Below, one piece after another: positions 31,364 through 42,800 of a stretch of DNA of 64,000 bases. Made by a program: the position numbers and the translations under genes. The notes under the pieces were generated by a model. The model worked only from the letters and a program-made list of their open reading frames with translations, ran no database searches and was not told where the DNA came from. How positions within the stretch are numbered: the first letter of the stretch is position 1; each line of letters opens with the position of its first letter. Source of the stretch: an uncultured Verrucomicrobiae bacterium (GTDB lineage: Bacteria; Verrucomicrobiota; Verrucomicrobiia; Limisphaerales; JAFGQR01); assembly GCA_963788655.1 (NCBI GenBank), contig CAWBHS010000062.1, positions 64,001 to 128,000 on the forward strand. Reading direction: 5' to 3'.

Positions 31364-32603
31364 ATGTGCAATGCTTCGGCCCCGGTGAATACATTCTGTC
31401 GATTCCAGATTCTTCTCGTCCTTTCCAGCATTTTTTTTAATTCTGCGGAGCCTCCAGGCTGCCACGCCGAAAAGGTGCCTTCTCCACCGACAAAAACGAA
31501 CTTCCAGGAATCTGACGAGAGCGCCGAGCTTTTTGATAAAGCTGCAAGACATCCTGCAAATCCATTTGCGGATCAGCGAGGAGGACATTGCCAAGTTGCG
31601 GCTTCATCCACGGACTTATATTTCCGCGATTCTTGAAGAACGGGACCGCATCCACCGGAACGTGGCCGTTAAACTCAAAGGAGGCACCGGCAGCTTTCGT
31701 AGCATCGATGAGAAGCCTTGCTTTACCATAAATTCTGATAAGTTCAACAAGGGCCAACGGTTTCATGGTCTGGACAAATTCCACCTGAACAACTCCGTGC
31801 AGGATTACACGTACCTATGCGAAGTGATTTGTTCCGAATTGTTCCTTCAAGCCGGCGTGCCCACCCCCAGAGCGACCCATGCCATTGTTACGCTAAACAA
31901 CCGGCGCCTCGGTCTCTACGTGCTCAAGGAAGGCTTTGATAGGACGTTTCTCCAGCGGCATTTCAAGAATCCTCACGGCAACCTTTATGATGGCGGCACC
32001 TTCGAGGACGTGGACGAACCGTTGGAAAAGGACTCGGGTCGAGGCCCTGATGACCATTCGGACCTGGCCAAACTGGTCACGGCCGCCAAGGAATCGGATT
32101 GGAAGAAACGGTTTGCCCAACTCGACCGCGTACTTGATTTGGACGAGTTCTTCACCTTTATGGCCATGGAAGTAATGGCTTGGCATTGGGACGGTTACCT
32201 CATGCACAAGAACAACTATCGACTTTATTTCGATCCCACGCCGCAGCGATTCGTTTTCCTCCCGCACGGCATGGACCAGATGTTTTTCACCACCAACGGC
32301 CCGGTGCTGCCTTTCCAGGAAGGCTTGGTCGCCAAGGCTGTCTTGGAGCCGGAAGAAGGAAAACGGCAATATCTGCTTCGATTCGCGCAACTCTACGACA
32401 AGTTCTACGACTTTCCATCTCTGGTCCAGCGCATCGATGAACTCAATGCCAAAATTCGTCCGGTTTTTCAGCAACTTGGCGCACGTGAAATTGCGCAATA
32501 CGACAAAGCTGTATCCACTTTAAAAGGGAAGATCTCTGACCGTAGTGCGTGCCTTGAGCAGGAACTATCCCGCATCAGGCTCTCCACTGCGGCTGGTCGA
32601 TGA
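31364..32603 (+). CDS. CotH kinase family secreted protein; probable frameshift near 31545
   Basis: VKLKG..SFR..KP, LNNSVQD, GLYVLKE, HWDGY..NNY and LPHGMD. A signal-like N-terminus is in the other frame from ATG 31364. Confidence 0.85.
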
Positions 32604-32662
32604 CGACCCAGCCGTGATCCGATGAGAAATACAAACTGAGCTGTCCATAACCATTTGTTTTT

Positions 32663-32810
32663 AGGAAGTGCGCCCGCGTCGGGTGCTGCCAACCGGCGCC
32701 CTCGTCGGTTGGCCCCGCGACAAAGCCGTCACTGAATTGTGAGTCACTCGGACGCTCGGAAGTGGTTGGCGAGGCGCCAACCACAGCGCCCGGGGCGGGC
32801 GCGCTCCCCT
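32663..32810. repeat. REP-like doublet GGAAGTGCGCCCGCG..GCGGGCGCGCTCCC
   Basis: Long imperfect inverted arms. Confidence 0.6.
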
Positions 32811-33063
32811 TTTTAACTGAATCGTCACTGTGAAGCTGTCCATGTAGAGGGTACCTCGGGCAAGCATCACCAAGCATTCACTGGATCGGTTCTTTCCAAC
32901 GATTGATCTCAGGATTACCTTATTAAAACATGCATCACCCTTCTTGAAAATATCTTTGCCGAAAACATTGCGGTTTTTTTGCTTGAAGTGTTTTTGATAG
33001 AACTCGTTCACTTTGATCAGCGCTAGTTGTTGAAGTTCAGGCCGAAGAACAACAATCAAGACT

Positions 33064-36000
33064 ATGAAAACAACAGCAGCCAAGGTGGTAGGGAGCCTTC
33101 TCAGCGGATATTTTGTGCGACGACTCTGCTGAGTGCGTCCAGCCTTAACCCGATCCAAATTTCACGTCAACTACGCGATCAGGAGGGGATTTGGCGAGCG
33201 CGAGGAACATCGGGCTCACGAAGTCATCTGGGAGATCATATCGCCTTCTGACCAATGCAATCACCCGTCGGATACGATCCATGACCAGATGCGTTCATGG
33301 AATTGGGAAGCCGGCCTCAACGTGCAGGGGACAGACGGCCGTTACCAACCTGCCAATCCGGAGTTTCGCATTACCGAAGATGGTGCCGAAGCCACCGGCA
33401 CCGCGCACAAACTCATCGTGAGCGGCAACATCGCGGAGGACGCCCCGGTGCCGGTCGTCACTCCCGACGGTGCGGAAATCATTTCCCGACCGCTGGGATT
33501 CGGAAACTTCGACCCGATCACCGGCCATGCGAACAGGTTCTTGCCGATATCATCGACGCACCCTGGTTCGTTGGTTGCTTCCAATGTGATCGTCTTCTCG
33601 AACTGTTTTGGATGGGATCACGGCTTCGCTGTTGCCATTGGCATTACGAAAGCCGGGCATGTCCCAGGACATCCTGTGGTTCCAGGAGCAACCGCCCCCA
33701 CCGGAAGCCTACTCCCTTTCGTCTGAATCAAGGCTGAAGATGATGACCGAGACCCTGCCGGCAACCCGTGAGCCGAACAAGTTGTCGCGCATAATTCACC
33801 GCGAGAAGAACCCAGCCTAACGAGCGCAAATGGTCGAACCCGACCTCGTTGACACTACCCTGGAATTCGGCAGCATGCGTATGGGACCGGGCCGAGCTTT
33901 TGTCCCGGATGCGACTATCCCTATTTCAGTGCCACAGGCAGCCGGTGGCCGTTTTGTCCCTGTGTCAAAATGTTTCGAGAATATAGGTGGACGCAATATT
34001 CTAATTGAAGGCGTTGAATATCAGCAAATTCAGTCTATGCTGTCGAACCTACCGCCGGCAGGGGCGCGGGGAATTATTACCAACGCGAGCGCCCGCTTAC
34101 TTGCCCCAAGCACGGATAAACTACAGCCGCAGCGTAATCTGCCTATTCGACAATTCGTCGGCTTAAAGCCACCCGAGATCAAGATTGCCCAAGCAACCCA
34201 AGGCGCTCAAGGACCTTGGCTGGCAAGCATAGATGCACATCCATCTTTTACCTTGGACTATGACTTAGTTCAGGGCCCCGGCGATTACACTATGCAAGGT
34301 AATACAACCTATCTAGTTAATGGCTTCATATCTGTTAATAACCTCATTATTCAAGGAGGTGCAGTCATTAAGGCTGAGCGTTATTCGTACCTTATGGCCA
34401 GCACCGTTCGGGCTTACGGAGATTCGTATTTGCCGATCATTTTTACCGCCCGAGATGACAACAGTGTGGGGGAGAATGTGAGCACCGGACCGCTATCGGG
34501 ACTTTACCCGCAGGCCGCGCTGATTATCACTGAATACGCACCTACTGTAATTGAGCATTTGCGAATCTCTTATGCTGAAATGGGGATTTTGTATTGGAAT
34601 CCCGGTCAGCTAAATACGCTGCGGCACGTTCAGTTTACCCATTGCCGGTGGCCGGCCTACTGCATTGATAATCCGCTCCACGTCGAGAATGCGCTGTTTG
34701 ATGATACGCAGGCCGCGCCGTTCTATGGGGATGGTGAGAACTTCGAAGTGTTCGCCGCCCACATCACCGCTGATGGCGGCAATTCCCTTAGTTGGGCGGA
34801 CACCTATCATCGCACGATCACGCTGGTCAACAGCCTGATCGTGGGAATTCCTGAAGATTCGGAAAACATTTACATTTACGATCCGCAAAACACGTTTTGG
34901 TCGGAAGAATGCCCGCCGGGCCTCTTCGCCACTGCCGCCCTTGGCGAGCATTACCTTGCTGAGAATACTTACCAGGATCAAGCCGATCCGTCCTCAGTCG
35001 ATCCAGCACTGCTCCAAGAACTACAGGAAATGACCACCAAACCCCCAATTGCACTGCCAACAAGTGGCGAACTGCTGCCACAGGACTTGGGAGACCTTGG
35101 TCAATTGGATCTCGGTTACCATTATCCTATTATCGATTACTACAGGACAGGAGCTGATGTAACCGGCGCGCTGACCATCAAGAATGGCGCTGTCATTGGC
35201 GTCCAGTACACTTCGTTGCCTTATGGACTTAACATCCGCGGCAGCGGCTCACTGCTCAGCGAGGGCACGCCGCTGAAGCCGAACGTGTTCCTTCGGATGA
35301 ACAACGTCCAGGAGCAAAAGGGAGCAACCCCGCCTTCGTGGCACGCGCTGATCACCGACGGTCCTTATGGTTCGCAGTGGACTTCCGCCCGGTTTCGCTT
35401 TACCGAGTTTTGTGGTTTGGCTGGGCCATCCTACCATTTTTATGGAGGCAATTACCTCGGCCATCTGGAGTTCCTGCACAGCCGCGTGCGAAATGGCCGT
35501 GTATTTGCAAGTTACTACGGTCTCGCCGGGCGTTCCGTCGGTCTGACCAACACGCTCTGGGAAAATGTCTCCATTGACCTGACTTGCGGACAACCCCTGT
35601 AAGTTAATATCTACAATAATCTTTTCAAAAATGGCGCTTTCCAATTGTACAACGGTGCTACATCCTGGCAAATCCGGGACAATATCTTTGACAACATTGA
35701 TCGCGAGAGCGTTTCAGACAATGGCAGCCGCGTGGGGAATTCTTACAACGTGTACGCTGGTTTTGGCACTGTTGTTCCGTTTCTTTCGTCAGACTGCTGC
35801 CGGTTCTTTGACACCATACCTTACGAGCACGGCCCATTGGGCGATTATTACCTCCCGCAAGATGAACCGAAACTCAATGATGCCGGTAGCCGCTGGGCTG
35901 ACGAGGCAGGATTGTTCCACTTCACAACCTCAGTGGACCAGCAAAAGGAGGCAGCCAGCGCGGCCGATATTGGCTTTCATTACGTGGCGGTGGATGAGTT

Positions 36001-37724
36001 CGGCCAACCGTTGAACTCGGATGGCGATGCCTACCCGGACTATCTTGACGACGACTCGGACGGCGACGACCTGATCGACGACTGGGAATTGTCGCACTTC
36101 GGCAACCTGAGCCAGACGGCCGAGGGCGACTACGACCAAGATGGGTTGACCAACTTGCAGGAATATCAAGGCGGAACGAATCCCAAAGATTGTCCACGAG
36201 AGGCTTATGAAGGGGTTATCAACCGCCAAAGCCAAGACCTGAAAGGTTGGTTCAAGCTCAATGGCAGCTCTCTGGCAAATGCGGTGATCGGCCATCCAGC
36301 TTTGGTAAACGTCGGCGGTTCGTGGAACTCGGACGTTTTCGCCAACGAGGATAGCGCCTATATCTTCTTGAACGCGAATGAAGGGGATATACTGACACTT
36401 GACGACGAGGACGATCCCATTGGAGGGGGAGGGTCGGGACCGAACAATGATGCGGTCGGCAAAGGATCAATCACGCTGCTGTTTCGCGCGCTCGATGGAT
36501 TGACCGACGGCAAGACTTATCTGCTTTCTCAGAGCGCCAGTACGCCTAACAGCAACGCGCTGGACGTATTCTTTGCCAACAATGGCGGATTGACGCTACG
36601 CGTGGGCAATGCCACGCTTGCGACTCCAATTCTGTCCACCGCCGAGATTACTGCCTATCCCAATGCATGGTATTACCTGGCCCTTACCTGGGATGAGGAT
36701 CGCGATAATCCCGAACTCATTTGGTATCTCGGCCGCGTCGGCGGCCAACTCAATTTCGGCAATTTCAATTTCGCAAACGGCGCTGTCGTCGGAAACGACG
36801 GCACCATCTACCTGGGCAACCACGTGGATCTGGACGGTGGCTTCCGCAATCCGGGTGATGGGGCGCTGGACGAAGTCGCCTTCTGGACCCGCGAGTTGAG
36901 CAGCGACGAAGTCAATATGCAGTTCAACGTCCTTCCCCACGGGCCCTCGCTCAATTTTGATCTCACGCGTTGGAACCTCCTGCTGCCCGTGGATGACTCC
37001 GACGGTTTTGCCAACTCTCCTCGCGAAGTCGATACGAAGCAGTTGAACGCCGGCTTCGAGTATGCCGATCCAACTGACTGCATCAGAAATTTACTTTTAC
37101 AAAGGCACCGGCGACACCATGGTGTTTGCAGCCCCGTATAACGGCGCGTATAGCGGCACAGGGCCGCGTAGCGAGTTGCGAGGGACGAACCCCGACGGGA
37201 GTCAAGATAACTGGGAACCAGTTGGCATACACACTCTCGACGCCACCTGTTTCGTGAACGAGGCTGGCCCCAGCAACGACAGAAAGGTGGTCATTGGGCA
37301 GATCCACGAAAAGGAGCCATACAGCGTCCCCACGATTGTCCTCAGCTACAATTTTCCAGAGCGGGGGAATGTTACGGTCACGGTTAAGTATAAGCCGGAC
37401 GGTACCGACGCGGATCCGAGCACGCCAGGCGATCAAACGGACAAGAATCGCACTTGGGAAGACAACGTGGAAGTTGGCGACGCGATCCACTATACGCTGC
37501 AAGTACAAAAGGTTGGAGCTACTGTCACGCTTTATGCCACGGTCAATGGGGTGCTAAAGGTTGTGAACATGACGACGGATCCGCTGTTTGATGCCACTTG
37601 GGGGACGCTGCCAAACCTCACCTTTTATTTCAAGGCTGGATGTTACTATCCAGATAACGACCTCGAAAACCCGATAACCGGCAACGCGAAAGTAACGTTC
37701 TCCAGCCTGGAAGTCACACCGTAA
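33064..37724 (+). pseudogene. Giant secreted multidomain protein (beta-helix, TSP3-like Ca-binding repeats, LamG, C-terminal PL7 alginate-lyase-like domain), disrupted
   Basis: Fragments 33133-33726, 33608-33820, 33830-35602, 35645-37141 and 37062-37724. Motifs: DSDGDDLIDDWE..DGLTNLQEY..TNP; WYYLALTWD..GALDEVAFW; FDLTRWNL, RSELR, QIH, YFKAGCY. In-frame TAA at 33818 and 35600 plus several frameshifts. Confidence 0.7.
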
Positions 37725-37770
37725 CCGTTCTTAAGCGCATGATAAACGGATCGCTAAAGATAAGATTGAT

Positions 37771-38433
37771 ATGAAATTACTCGCGACGTTTTCTCTCGCC
37801 GTGCTCGGGACTTTTGCTGTCCAGGCCCAAGGACTTATTTGGAGCGCAAATCACTGGGAGCAGAGCAGCGGGGCCCCGGGGGCGAGTTGGCAGATTTCCT
37901 TCGACCACGTATCGGACCGATACTTTGCTACTCCGCCAAGCTTGAATCCCGCAACGAGAATTTTCTCGATGACTCTCACTACTACCGACACTGGTCGGAC
38001 CTTTTTCGCCGACGCCATGAATGAACCTGGGTTTGCTGGCTTTGCCGCCGGTCTGACCGATGGGGCGAATGACTATATTCGGTTTCAGGAAGTCCTCTCT
38101 TCATGGACTGTCCATAGCGAGGCCGATTATCTGGGGAGATCCTCCGTCGCGCCTGACTTGGCGGGCTACGATATCACGCAGATCGCTTTCCGCGTGAACA
38201 ACTTTTACGACTGGTACTATGCGCCGGAGGATATCTACTTTAGGAGGTTGGACTATTCCCTGGATTTCTACGGTACGCTCGTGCCTGAACCCAGCACATG
38301 GGCCTTGCTCACGCTGGGCGGCGCCGCCTGGCTGATGCGGAGAAAAGCCCGGAAGCCAAAGACTGAACCTGAAAGGAGCAGTTCAACCACAAAGAACGCA
38401 GAGAACACAAAGAGCGGCCGGCCTTTCCCGTGA
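37771..38433 (+). CDS. PEP-CTERM sorting domain protein
   Basis: Signal peptide; VPEPSTWALLTLGGAAWLMRRK. Confidence 0.88.
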   Translation: MKLLATFSLAVLGTFAVQAQGLIWSANHWEQSSGAPGASWQISFDHVSDRYFATPPSLNPATRIFSMTLTTTDTGRTFFADAMNEPGFAGFAAGLTDGANDYIRFQEVLSSWTVHSEADYLGRSSVAPDLAGYDITQIAFRVNNFYDWYYAPEDIYFRRLDYSLDFYGTLVPEPSTWALLTLGGAAWLMRRKARKPKTEPERSSSTTKNAENTKSGRPFP

Positions 38434-38518
38434 GAGTTGCAGTCACCCGCCGAGCGAGAGCAGGCTCTGCCCCAAGACCCAAGTTCGAGGCTCTGCGTTC
38501 TTTGCGTTCTTTGCGGTT
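38385..38518. repeat. Nonamer (GAACGCAAA-type) inverted-repeat element
   Basis: Arms at 38385-38414 and 38491-38518 are near reverse complements. Confidence 0.7.
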
Positions 38519-38519
38519 A

Positions 38520-38654
38520 ATGAATATGACGACGACTCCGTATGATCCCGATTGGGCCGATCAGACGTTCTATTTCAAGGCTGGATGCTACTACCCGAAT
38601 CCCCCCACTCAGGCCGGATAAAGTGACAGGTTCAAAGTTGTTGACACGATTTAA
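38520..38654 (+). pseudogene. Orphan 3' fragment of a PL7 domain
   Basis: NMTTTPYDPDWADQTFYFKAGCYYP matches NMTTDPLFDATW..TFYFKAGCYYP of the upstream gene. Confidence 0.75.
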
Positions 38655-39197
38655 ACCGTTATGGCAACATCCCGCCATGCGCGAGCTGCGCGTCGCTGCC
38701 GTTACCTGATGAGTTTCCGGGGGCTTTCCGTTTGAAGCTTCGTCGACTGCGTTTCCTTTTGTTGGATTCACACCAAGCCAACGAAGGAAACGGAGGTTTA
38801 CCAGCGGATCGGTTCTCGATCCTCAGGGTTCTCCGGTTCCTGCTGTTCTTTGCCACGAGGCGGCATGGAAGAAGCCGTTCGAGGATCAAAGGTTGCCCTT
38901 GGCGCGGCGTTGGATTGGCGAACGCGCTCAGGAGAAGTCAGGGCTTGACGGAGTCTCGCCCTACCGGGAGGTAATACATTGGGAATTCACGCGAGCCCCC
39001 GAAGAGCGGCGGAAAGGCGTGGCACGAGGGAACGATGGCATTCGATTTCTTTCGTCCCTCCGGGACTCAATGCTTCTTATGGCCCGCATCCCCCCGTTGA
39101 AACGGGGGGCTATTTTCGGGCGTCCCTGCGGGACTGGGAGACGGCGAAGGCGGGGCGGCCGATTTTGACGGAGGCGCGAGAAATTGATGATTGTGCC

Positions 39198-39793
39198 ATT
39201 TTCGTGGTCCGCCCTGAATCTGCCGGGCTATCCAGGGGACAATGACCAATGTCCAATGACCAAATCCCAGAGAATGCTCAAATCCCAAAGTTCAATTCGG
39301 GCTTCGGACGCCGCCGCCTTAGTTGATCGGTCATTGGACGTTGGTCATTCTCTGGTCATTGGGCCATTGGTCATTGGTCATTATTCAGGGGCTGCCGGCG
39401 ATCCCTTGGCCCGGCCTTGAGCTGATGGACACGCTCCGGGGGAAGTCAGGGCTCGACGGAGTCTCGCCCTACCGGGAGCACGCAAGCCACCGTTGAAACG
39501 GGGGGGTTGCTATTTTCGTGGTCCGCCCTGCATCCGCGGGGATACCCCGGGGACAATGACCAATGTCCAATGACCAAATCCCAGAGAATGCCCAAATCCC
39601 AAAGTTCAATTCGGGCTTCGGACGCCGCCGCTTTAGTTGATCGGTCATTGGACGTTGGTCATTCTCTGGTCATTGGGCCATTGGTCATTGGTCATTATTC
39701 AGGGGCTGCCGAACGATCCCTTGGCCCGGCGTTGGGTTGATGGACACGCTCCGGGGGAAGTCAGGGCTCGACGGAGTCTCGCCCTACCGGGAG
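39198..39793. repeat. Tandem ~315-bp duplication of heptamer hairpin + REP composite
   Basis: Units 39198-39478 and 39512-39793 are near-identical; partial third copy at 38897-38969. Confidence 0.88.
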
Positions 39794-39811
39794 TACGGAA
39801 CCCAAGACGAT

Positions 39812-42800
39812 TCACGGCGCTGAGGTTGCAACCAACCGGTAGAAACGCATTTCACCCGAGATGGGCAGCGGATCGGTGATTTGAATTTCGCGGGTGAGCG
39901 GTGAGGCGTTCAGGTTGGTTAACGATTGCCAGTGTCCCGTGGTGAGCGAGTCGCGATACTGGACCGTGTACGATTGGTTCGCCATGGTGACGAAATGCAG
40001 CACCGCGAAACCGCCCAGCGATTGGAGATTCACTTTGACGTTGCTGAGCGGATCGTCCGGATCGGTGCCGTTGAGCCATTCCACGTAATTGCACACGCCA
40101 TCGGCGTCTTCGTCCTCCCAGGGCATGCCGGTGTAGGTCGGATCGATGGGAAAGTCCGCCGCAAAAACAACGGCGTCGGCAATGACGTACAGCGTCGTAT
40201 CGGTGGTGCGAATGACCACGCTGCCGGCGTTGCCCAGATCGAATAAATAGGTGCCGAGCAGATACCAGTTACCGGCATCGATTTGTTCGTTCACTGTCTC
40301 GGTGATCACCCCGGCGGTGCAATGAACGTCCACGGGCACATTGGTGGCGCGGTTGTTGGAAGCCGTCCAGCGCAGGTAAACGCGATACCAGCCACGCAGG
40401 GGCAGGTCCGGTTGGAAGGTAACGCTCTTGGTGCCCTTGCCGGTGTTGCCGTCATGGAGGTAGTCCGCGCGATAGAAACCGGAGTTCGAGGTACTGCTGG
40501 TCCAGTCGCCGACGAGTTGGACGTGGTTGGTATCCGCGTTGTCGAGGACGGTAACCGTTTGGTCTGGTGTCCCAAAATACTCGTTCAAACCAATGAGCCC
40601 CTGCAGTTCGGCAATGTGCGACTGATAAACGCCGCGCGGCGAGGTATTGTATTGCTTGCACAACGCGGCGGCGTTGCCGGTGGCCACGCCCATCTGGCCG
40701 CACGTGTTCATGACGCGCGGGCTGCCCAGGCCAACATGCGTTGCGCTCAAGCAACGTCCGGCCATCATCAGGTTGTCCACATTCGTCGAATAGAGGCAGC
40801 GGAATGGAATCCAGTAAGGACTGATCCCGGTGAATTGGGCGTAGGTCAGAAAGTCGTAATCCCCCGGCCTGGTATAGTGCAGGTCGATCTCGCGGCTTTC
40901 GGTCACCACGGCATCCTCGAAGAAGGGATGATTGCGTACGTCGGATTCGGTGAGCACGTAATCACCGACCAATCGCCGCGACTCGCGTTTGCCACTGATG
41001 TAAGCGACCCAGTCGAGGTCCAGGTTTTCGTTGCCGGCCCGTTGTTTGACGTTCGACCACGTGCCGTAAATGGCCTGCAACAGGTGGTCGCGAATTTCCT
41101 CGGCATCGTAAATCGTGTCGCTCAACAACCCGTATTCCCAATACCAGTCGCCGCGGGTTTGGTAGTAATCCTTGGCCACGCCCATCGCCCAGGGAACGGC
41201 GGGGAACGTAACCGGTTTGCCCGTGTTGCGGGAGTTCCAGGAAAGCGTTGAACCATTACGCATCGAATCGGGCTCGACCGGCGCCAGCGACTCGTTGAAC
41301 GCGGCGCGCGGTTCCCGGCCCGTGCGATACAATGCCCCGGCCCAGTAGCCGATCCAGCCGTCGCCCGTGCTGTCGATGAATACCGGCGCAAAGAACCGGC
41401 GTTCCTCACCGGTGCGGGTGTGTTTGGCATCGATGCTGATGATGCGCGAGCCGTTGGTGTTCGCGGCAAACGCGCGCCATTCGGTGAACAAGTGCAGGTT
41501 CGTCTCCGCCAGGAGCACTTGCAGGCGGGCTTGATCGGTTTGGATAAATTGATCCGAGCCGATCAGGAAGTCGGGCGTGTTGATCTCGGTGACAATGCCG
41601 CCCATCGTGTCGCCGAGCGTGTGAACGCGCACGTCCTGGCTGGCGTTGCCGCCGGGGAAGGGGCGGTCGTGAATCAAAGCCACTTGCAGTCCCTGTCGCG
41701 CCGCTGCGATGGACGCCGCGCATCCCGCAATACCTCCTCCTACCACCACGAGGTCGAAGTTGCCGGCGCTGGGCGGCACGTCGGGTATTCCCAACTGCGC
41801 GCGACGCCAAGTCGTGAGTTCCGGCAGCGAATTGGGCGGCACGAAATTCATGTCCGTGGTGAAGAACAGCGCATCGCAGCGCCCCTCAAAACCGGTGAGA
41901 TCATGCAGGCGAACCTCCGTGGCGACTTGGGCGACAATTACCAATCCGCCGTCCTGCCACAACCAGCTTTGGCCCACGGTGCCAAATGTTGCGCCGGCCT
42001 CGACACCATCCACCGCAACTGTGAACGCACCGGGATGATCGGGCCGCGGCGCGGTCCAGTCTTTGGTGCGTACCCAGAGCCGATAGGCGCCCGGCGCGGG
42101 AAATTGCGCGGTGGTCACGGCGTCCGCAACGGGGTACCCTTTCCCATGGGCCAGGAGGTAAGGTGAGCCCATCCGATCGACGAACTGTTGGTCCACCACC
42201 CAGCCGCCCCGTTCGGCCAAGCTTTCGGCTTCGAGTAGCAAACTGGCGTTGGTGGCCGCCTCGTCATCGATCAACGTGACGATGGCCGAATCCGCCGAAC
42301 CGACCGTGTAACCGTCGCCCGATTCGAGATGGAGCACCACGGTTTCATTGCCTTCCAATTCCGCATCGTCGAGAGGGGTGATGGTAATTGTCTTCGCCGT
42401 GATCCCCGGTTCAAATTGGATCGAGTTGGTGGCGCTGGTCGTGTAATCGACGCCATTGTCAGCCGTGCCGCCAAGCGTGAATTGCACGGCCACGGCTGAA
42501 TTCGTATCGCCCAAAACCCGGTGAATGGTAAACTCGCCTTCCAATCCCAAGCCGCTTTCGTACGTGGACGGCTTGGTGGCCTCGACGGTGAATTCCGGCG
42601 GGTCATTGTCATCGGCGATGCGAACGGTGGCGGTGGTGGGGCCGGCGATGATGTAGGCCGCGTTCGTGTTCAACGTGAGAATCACCGTCTCTTCCGGTTC
42701 CGGCACATTGTCATCCAACGGCACGACCGGAATGGTGACGTTCGTGGCGCCCGCGGCGAATGCCACCGAACCACTCAGCGATTCGTAATCGACGCCATTC

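Noticed and set aside
33818..35602. Stop-codon reassignment or readthrough at in-frame TAA codons
   Set aside because: TAA terminates many ordinary genes here, and the same gene also has frameshifts.
37561..38654. DGR template/variable repeat pair (prompted by the Avd-like gene and duplicated PL7 tip)
   Set aside because: Differences include indels and non-adenine changes; no reverse transcriptase in the window.
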